NCBI RefSeq assembly: GCF_004010195.1
Contig: NC_057719.1
Coordinates: forward strand, 77,098,702 to 77,162,701
DNA from: Chiloscyllium plagiosum
Taxonomy: Eukaryota
Length of the DNA: 64,000 bases
Reading direction: 5' to 3'
Positions 53,670 through 64,000 of this stretch are shown here, in pieces (within the stretch, counting starts at the first letter, position 1; every line of letters begins with the position of its first letter). A model generated the notes under the pieces. That model saw nothing but the letters and a program-made list of their open reading frames with translations, did no database searches and was not told where the DNA came from. The position numbers and the translations under genes are program-made.

Positions 53670-54353
53670 TGACTATCCATAAAGGTATAATGAATGGTTA
53701 ATTAATTTAATTACTGTATTATATTATCTCAAAATAATGCATTTCCAAATAGTCTGGCAATAATGTCGACAGAGGATTTACCAGAATAATGCTGTAATAT
53801 TAGCTCCATTTTTCAGGAAGGAGCAAGTTCAAAATGAAAATTAACTATTAAGAATTCAAAAGGTCATTTAAAAATATGAGGGGCAGCTTAAAAAATGACC
53901 TGAGAAATATCTTTAGGGAAATAATAAAGGATAAACAACACAGTGAATGTGCTATTAACTAGCCTTAGTTGAGGTTATTATCCCAAGCTCCTTTGCTAAT
54001 ATTTCACTTTATTGGCATGGGTCCGCTGCCAGTACTCTTAAAGCATGTAATTGGATCAATTTTTAAAACTGAATTTGAAGGAAGGAACATTTCCATGATT
54101 GTTGAAATGTAATTACAATTTAGTGCAATTAACATTTAAGTTTCACCTCAGAAGGGAAAATTCTTCATACTTTTGGCAAATAAAACACTTGGATCAATGC
54201 TTTTCATTTCAGATTAGGAACTGGTTCAAAATGTTCAAAGCATTACAAAGATATATTTGATTTGGGTAACATGATATTTTCATTGCTAAGTGTGTATCTG
54301 TAAACATATTCTGGTTGCAAGTTTCGCTGACATCCTGGTCACTGCAAAGATGA

Positions 54354-54659
<306 letters not shown>

Positions 54660-55199
54660 TAAGGTGTTTCTCTTTATTATTATTTTCCTCAGCTAAATCC
54701 CTAGTTTTATTCCCCATTTTTTAAAGTTGCCTTGGCGAAATAAAGTTTTTGACAAATGCAGTGGATATTTGATCACTGGTAGTTCTTAGCCATTTCCCAA
54801 ACCTGACAGCTCAAGAAGCTTCAGAAATGCGAATGCCCAAAAATCTGATGTACATTGGTTTTTAGATCCAATTTCACAGATTGGGTGTTGCTTTGCTTTT
54901 GCCTATTTGTTCTGGGCTGTCCGTGGAGATTTGGTAACTACTTATGAAACGTTAAGGAACTGTAAATCTATACAGTATTCTTAGCTTTTCCATTGTGCAA
55001 GAATTGTTACTCAAAGATATTTTTATTTCAATGTCTTTGACTAGATAGAGAAAACACATTAGAAGGCATGACTATATAAAGGAAATGGGCAGTTTTAAAA
55101 CACTATTGGCTTACTGTAACAGTATATTCATCCAAGGAACAAAAACGAAATAAAGATCAGTCAACCGTGCCTGCCAAAAGACTTAGGGATTTTTTTTTG

Positions 55200-56730
55200 T
55201 TGAGAAAGCTCATGAGATGGCCAGAAATAGTGCTAAATCTCAGGATGGGAAAGATTTTAAAATATCACAAAGGCAGACCAAGGAACTGGTAAGGAAGAAC
55301 AAATACAATTGCAATCTGGCAAAAATATAAAAATGGACTGTGACACCTGCGACAAGTATGTTTTAAAAAAAAAAGAAACATTTGGCTGAGATGAATGAAG
55401 TAAAGTCGTGACAATTTAGAATGGGGAATGGAGAAATGGCAGAGAAGCGAAATGATTACTTTCTGTCTGTTTTCACTTAGGAAGATACAGGAAAGCTCCC
55501 AGAATTAGAGGTCCAAGTGATTAAGGAGAATGAACAGTTGAAAGAAATTCGTATTAAGGTAGTACTAGAGAAATTAATGGGGCTGAAAGTTGGTAACTCC
55601 CTGGGACCTGATGGTCTACATCCCCGAGCTTTGAGGGAGATGGCTACAGAGAGAGTTAAAACATTGGTGATTATCTTCAAATATTCTATGGATTCTGGAA
55701 TGATTTCTGTAGATTGGAATCTTGCAAATGTTTATCCCATTATTTAAAAATAAGGTTTAGGTTAGCTCAGTTGCTGGATTGGTGGTTTGCAATGCAAACA
55801 ATTTGGGTTCAGTTCCTGCACCAATTGAGGTTGCAAAAAAGACTCTCCTCCTCAATCTATCCCTCCATCTGAGGAGTCATGACACTTGGGTTAAACCATC
55901 ACCAGTCATCTTTCTCTTAATGACAGAGCAGACCTTTGGTTTGCTGTGATTATGGTGACTTTGCTTTTTATCTTTTATTTTATTTTTCCCTTGCTCTTTT
56001 CTTAAATAGTCTGGGAATTGTAGACCTACCTGCCTTACATCATTAGGGAATATGTTAGAATCATCATAATGACTGAACACTTGGGTAAAAATAGTCAGAT
56101 TACACATCGTCAGCATGCATTTGCAAATGCAAGATCATGTTTGATGAATTTATCACAGTATTATAAGATTGTTACTTAAAAAAATGAGAGATGAGACTCT
56201 ATGGATGTAGTATATTTGGATTTTCAGAAGACTTTTGATATGATCCTCCACTTAATATGTCTTAGAAAAATTAAAGCATGTGAGATAGGAGGTAATGTAG
56301 TGCGATGGATTAAGGGTTGGCTAACAAGTGGGATGGTGGGACTGTGTTATGAAGTCTGTGCATGTTCTCTCCAGTTTCAAAGAATGGTCATCTCATTGAA
56401 AGCTACAAAACACTCGAAGAGTTAGACAGGGTAGATGCAGATAGGATGTACTCCCCGGTCGAGGGTGGTTTAAAATAAAGGGATGATATTTGGATTAAGA
56501 TGAAGAGAAATTTCTTTCCTCAGGGTGATGAACCTTTCGCATTCCGTACCCCAGAGGACTGTGGAAGTTTCAATTTTGAGTACATTTGAAGTACATTTGA
56601 TTGTCAATGGCATAAAGGGAGATGGGGATAGTAAGGTAAAAGACAATTGATGTGTTCAGTCCGCTGTGATTATATTGACTGGCAGAGCAGGCTCAACAGG
56701 CTGAATTACTTCAAACTGTTTATGCTCCTA
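55200..56730 (+). mobile_element. Decayed CR1 with internal deletions, interrupted by a SINE at 55758-55965
   Basis: GLKVGNSLGPDGLHPRALREMA..WNLANVYPI; MDVVYLDFQKTFD; 3' tail gcagagcaggctcaacaggctgaa. Confidence 0.82.
55758..55965 (+). mobile_element. tRNA-derived SINE (second family)
   Basis: ggttagctcagttg A-box-like head, gggttcagttcc B-box-like motif; similar to 15695-15915. Confidence 0.65.
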
Positions 56731-56819
56731 TATTTTCTCATATACAAATTTTGAACTTGGTACAGACACATTGGCTTTGAGGATACTTTCAATTTGGAAT
56801 GTTTGCCATTTTTATAATT

Positions 56820-57155
56820 CTTCCACAGGATATGGGCATCATTGGCGAGGACAGCATTTATTGTCCATCGTTGCCCTTTGAGAGCTGTTAAATGTCAACC
56901 ACGTTGCATTGGGTCTGGAAACATGTGTAGGCCTGGCCAAGGAAGAATGGCAGATTTCCTGCCTTCTCTAAAGGACATTACTGTACCAGATGGGTTTTTA
57001 CAACCATCAGTATGAGGCCAGCTTTATATTCTAGACTAACCAGTTGAATTCAAATTGCAGGAAGAGCCATAGTGGGATATGGATCCCTGTCCCTAAAGCT
57101 TTTGTATGGGCTTCTAGATTACTAATCCATTGACAATACAATATGTTGCCATCTT
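56820..57155 (-). mobile_element. DeuSINE/SacSINE1-like SINE
   Basis: Reverse-complement similarity to 19948-20283. Confidence 0.7.
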
Positions 57156-57384
57156 TCCTAAAATTATTTAAAGAAGACATTTAACTTACGTAAATTTTAT
57201 TTTTTCAAGTGAAACTAATGGATCCCATCAGGTTTTTTTTGTAGAATGGGATTCTTTCATCTGATTAACAGCTTTAATACCATATTAAAGGTACAGTACA
57301 ATTAGATAGTTATATTGTTGTATTCATGGAAGTGCAAAAATGCATAGATTTACTTATTTATTACTGAATACATCAATTTAATAG

Positions 57385-57726
<342 letters not shown>

Positions 57727-58227
57727 TGATGTAAGATAAACAGGTGTGCTGACCTTTCTGGTCTTGACTGAGAGCTAAACAGAGATGGATCTTGTGCAAT
57801 TCTGATTTTGCATGTGTTAACTGTATCATAGATTGACCTATAGCAATTAATTTCTGATAAAATTTAGTTGCCTATTCTATATTAATTACAATGTTCATAT
57901 GACTCAGTGAGGTGTCTTGATTGGCTATCCTTGCAGGCCTCATGAGACACCAAGTGATAGAATGGGGTGCCTCCATTAACACAGTTTAGTGGAGAAGTTA
58001 ATGTGATATATTCAGTTGTTGGAACTGCTGACCACAGTCACACTTCATGCCATCCTTCATCTTCCATTTATGGTGGATCTCTGTCAACTTTGCAGAATGT
58101 GTATTTGGTTAAACACGAGCCACTGTCCTCGATGTACTGCTGCTGTCAGGTTGTTGAAAGGGTGGTCGTTATTTATGCTGTATATGTCTTACGATTTCAT
58201 TGGTCTTGGTAGTGGGGAGTCCTCTTT

Positions 58228-59870
58228 GTCATCTTAGGTAGTCCCTCGGGGTTGAGGATTCATTGTTTCTACTCCAGTTTAATAGGTTCTGAAATTACTA
58301 ATAATTTTCATGTGTGATCTGCAGACTCTGTTACATGTGAGGTACGTGGTGCTTGAAGGGTTGGTTCAATGAACTTTTTTTGAGGTTTGTGCATTCTTTT
58401 TGATGTTTCCACCTCACGTTTTGAACATTTTCAACGAAGTGTCTCGGTGTGTTCACTGTCTTCTCTGATTTAGACAGTCACAAGCTAGGTACTCCTGTAA
58501 ATTGGCAGTGATGTTTGACCTCTTCTGGGTTGCTTTGAGGACATCCCTAATATGACCCTGCTGTCTTCCTGGAAGTCTTCTGATGCAAACAGGTTTTGAG
58601 TAGAGCAGTTATTTTAGGAGCCTGTTGTCAGGCATACAAATTACAATCCAACCCAGCAGAGCCAGTTTTGAATAATTAGTGTCTTGACGCTTGGCAGGTT
58701 GCCTTAGGAGAGAAAATTGCTACGAGGTTTGCAGGACTTTGAGGTGCCTTCTATAAGTTTTTCAAGTCTCTAAAGTAATTCACTGCACAGATCTTAGTCT
58801 GAGGTTTGAGATCCTGGGTCCTCAAGTTCTCTCTTCAGTCAATGAAAGGCTGACTAGGTAAACTGGGGGTGCTGATTAAATTTCCTGCCTTTGCAAGAAG
58901 ATGCTCCCAAGACATGTAAAATGTTCCACCTTTCAAGGTTTTCATCTTTGATCCTAAATCTGTAGGATTTGTGCTGTGGAGCTGTTTAAACCTTCGTTTC
59001 CCACGTGCTTAGTAAAAGGCTCATTTGTTCATACATTTTGGTGAAGGACTTACCAATGATCTGAGGCTCAGTGAGTTATTGAACATGTGTTCAAGAGTCT
59101 TTTGCATGCTAAAGCTCAGTGATGAAGTTGAAGTGATTTCAATTTTGGATGGAAGTCAGCATAGCTTGAACAATTTGCAGCTGTTTTGTAGACTATCTAC
59201 ACAACTGTGGGTGATTTGCTGCAGTTGAGATGTAGCATTGTAGCTGGGAAATGAAAAGAAGAGTTTATTCAGTTATTCAAAGTCATTTGAACCCAATTTT
59301 CATTGAAATGCCTGTGGTGTTTCTTTTGATGAGGAAACAGCTTGTATATCTTCATGGTTCAAGTAAAAGATGGTAGTGACAAAGTTCTGAGGTCATGCCA
59401 TATTTTGTGAGAATACTGCATAAACCTTTGTGGTTTACAAGGAGTTTATGGTGTCAGAAAAAAACCACAGACAGTGGTTGTTCTGTTTTTCACACACTTT
59501 GTGACTTTGCTACTCAGTGAAGGTCTGTTCCGTCTCTGTGGGTGAAACCATTCTGTGACTCTTGAAGGAGTTCTTTGCTGCAGGAGGTGGTTTAGGGGGA
59601 TCCTTGCAATGATTGTCCCTGGGGCAGATCACAAGGAGAACTTTATGGTCTCTGTAATTAATACAATTGGACTTGTAGTTGTCCTCTAATTTTTTCAGTG
59701 TCATCATGTGTCTCTTAGCTCCCCAGTATGAGCTGTTATCCCCTGATGAGGAATATGAGGTTGTGCAGTCTTGTCACGATTACCATTTCAGAATTTCAGC
59801 TACATAAATATTAGCTGCAGTTTCCCAGAGTTAAGTGCTTTTCTGACTATTTTTCACATCTTCATGAACG
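58228..59870 (-). mobile_element. Highly decayed LINE, possibly RTE clade
   Basis: 3' end reads on minus as tcctcaaccccgagggactacctaagatga, an RTE-like terminus from memory; no intact ORF; 5' limit uncertain. Confidence 0.45.
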
Positions 59871-60279
59871 GTGAGGTCAATACTACTCATTACTTTATTC
59901 GATCTCTTGGAGCACAATGGCAAAACACAAATGATTAGTGAGGCAATATGAAACAACACCAAAAATCATAGAGTGGACTTACTCATCCTTGACACTGAAC
60001 ATATTAAATGTTTAGATCGACATTCATGATCTCCATTTGACTCTGGAGTTCTGTGCGGCAGAGACGAGGGGAAATATTGCTAAGCAAATTGTTAACTAAG
60101 TAAATAAAATGCAAAAACTTAGTAATGCTATCATGTAATTGAGTCAGCAAAACCGTCATTAAACTGGAAGAAGATTGAGTATTTTTAGCAATCTAACTTC
60201 AACCAGAATTTCAATCAAGTGTAACATAAAAATGCTGAGTATTAATGTCTGTACTTAATATTTTTCTTTTTGATTTTAG

Positions 60280-61890
<1,611 letters not shown>

Positions 61891-62748
61891 TAAGTGCATT
61901 GAATATGATGCATTAGTACATTCAGCACATGTTAGTAAAAGAGGTATGCTATTTAAAAATAAAAACAAGTTTCCTTTTGGTATATCTTATATTGACATTT
62001 TTCTTTCCTTGGTTGCATTCGGCTTTTTGTTATTGCTACTATGTAATGCTAACAGTACACTGACATCTAATTTATGAAGTTGACATTTATTATCCATAGG
62101 GCTGAAATTTTGCCACAAGTAAAATTAATGAATTCTCATTTCAGACATGCAGTGACTGCAGTAGGCACTGGCAAAACATCTCTAACACAGTCAGACACAA
62201 AATATAGCACTCTTTGCTCTGACATTGTGCCACATCTGTCATACTAGATGAGAACGCCAAACGTGTTTCCCTTTACCCCTGTCTGTCCTGTGAGACTGCA
62301 CATTCTAAGAATTAGAGGACTATGTTGATCTGTCAAAATGTAACCACCAGGCACTGCATTGAAACTACCCAAACCTGTACTTAGCATTTTATATCTGGCA
62401 GGCAGAAGAGATTTTCAATTAAACATCTCAAAATGAACTTGAAACCTGATATCAGAAACAAAAGACGAGATCCTACTCCCTTCACCTGTTTACTTCCAGT
62501 TGCATTCTGTTCCCAGCCCTTGGAGCTTGAGTTATCCTCACTTAAATGCTTTATACCTTCTCTCTTTCCCTCTCAAGTAGCAGCAAGCATTCTCTTGGGC
62601 TGACATTTTGATTTCTGAAGGACCTGACCACCCCCCCCTCCGCCAACCGTTAACATTCTCTGGTTGATTTAATGTGTGTTACTGCTGACTTTTGCAATTT
62701 TACTTTGTGCTGCAGGATTCTGTGTTAAAACTTCAATTTGTTTTGTAG

Positions 62749-62807
62749 CACGAAGCGGGTGGACCATTCAAACACCAGGCTGGCTTCTCAACTCGACAGA
62801 AACCCAG
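62749..62807 (+). CDS. PCNX1: PCNX1 exon 17: TKRVDHSNTRLASQLDRNP
   Basis: ttgtag acceptor, gtgaga donor, 59 nt, phase 2 to 1. Confidence 0.93.
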
Positions 62808-64000
62808 GTGAGATATGAGATACTTTTTAGAAACTGATTTATTATATAAATGTAAGTCAAGCAAGATCTTCACTGGATTACCCCTTAATCTTCAAGGTTA
62901 CACAGTCTATCCTCTATCTCTAAGCCCTGGTATAGTTCTGACGGTACATGTGGAAATTGACATGTATGACGAGGATGTCCTCTGGCTGAAGACCTGGTGG
63001 GAACTGCACAGCATTGTAGTATTAGATACTTAAGTAGGTGACATTAGGTCTTCCCCTGGAGTAAGGACCCCTCGGAGATCCCTGGAATCAACTCACCAGT
63101 CAGAGGCCAGAAGCTATTCTTTGGGAGAAGGGACAGCTTCCACTGGTACACTGACCAGAGACCCAGGATCACAGAGTGGCCCCCAAACCCAAGGTGATTG
63201 AGGGCAGGATGGGAGTCATGAGGTGTGAGTTGGGGGTGGTGTGGGGAGAGGGGAGGTGCTCAAGGGAGACCGGGCAAGGGCAAGGGAGTGACTTAAGCAG
63301 AGCCATCCCTTCTAATACCTGACAATAGCAGATACCCCACTCAGATGCCCACAAGCCAAATCGATAGGATTTGCATTTTGGACTTCAGGCATGGTGATTC
63401 CAAGGCAGATGGATGAGGCCCTTAAGTGAGCCTCAGTCAATATTCTTGGTGAATGCCGTCTATAAGCTTCTCACAGTGGACTGAATTGGATGAAGTCAGG
63501 AAAGTGGTGAGGAACCCATTCACCTGATTAAATGCCTCCCACCTCCAAACAATGCAAAGGACAGGGTTGAATTTTTCCCAACATATTATTTCTCAAATCC
63601 TCAACTTGCTGCTGTTTGCATTCCTACCACTGACTTTGCCCTTTGTCAATATGCTCACCTCAGGTGAGGCGTGAGTCTGAGTTGGTTTTTACAAGGTACA
63701 ATTCTAAAGTATTCAGAATCAATCTTCATCTCAGTTCAGCTCAATTACTTGTGTCAGTCATTTTTCATTTTATACAGCTCACTAGAACGAATATGTTATT
63801 GAAGGCTTCAGTGGAACAAGTACTTCAAAGTTGCCCATTTGCCAAATAAAACCGGTGGAGTTCATCTGAGAGCAATACACCTTTTCAGAACTCATAAATA
63901 ATCTGTAAGCGAAGCAGTGTAACTGTGCAATGACTGTCAGTTTTATCCTAGAAATTGTACCAGTATTGCACTATTGTTAGCAATACTACAGCACAAAGTA

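Noticed and set aside
62860..63580. GC- and purine-rich intronic stretch after the last traced exon
   Set aside because: The expected next PCNX1 exon (SDDNNLNSIFYEHL, from memory) is not present and no other product is recognisable.

Overview
Vertebrate genomic DNA, most likely from a shark. This is inferred from the HE1-type SINEs, HER1/CR1 LINEs, DeuSINE-like SINEs and Penelope elements, not from a database match. The window covers part of a + strand pecanex-like 1 (PCNX1) gene. I traced 17 consecutive, phase-compatible coding exons from 11578 to 62807, reading [17 protein letters not shown]...TKRVDHSNTRLASQLDRNP; the start and end of the gene lie outside the window. One intron (60389-61759) is a minor-spliceosome U12-type GT-AG intron. 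The introns are full of retroelements: a near full-length CR1, many truncated CR1s, two Penelope-like RT remnants, an L2-like and an RTE-like LINE, SINEs, a TA-flanked MITE and two solo-LTR-like inserts. There is a 500-N assembly gap. The most notable signals are: (i) short palindromic Penelope-derived inserts carrying minimal hammerhead-ribozyme cores, one with an intact core; (ii) an 86-nt inverted local capture inside one of them; (iii) two candidate unannotated regulatory exons of PCNX1, a 100-nt poison-type exon and a 25-nt microexon; (iv) the U12 intron. Nothing here is demonstrably a new biological system. Repeat boundaries are approximate, family names and comparisons to human PCNX1 are from memory, and no searches were run.
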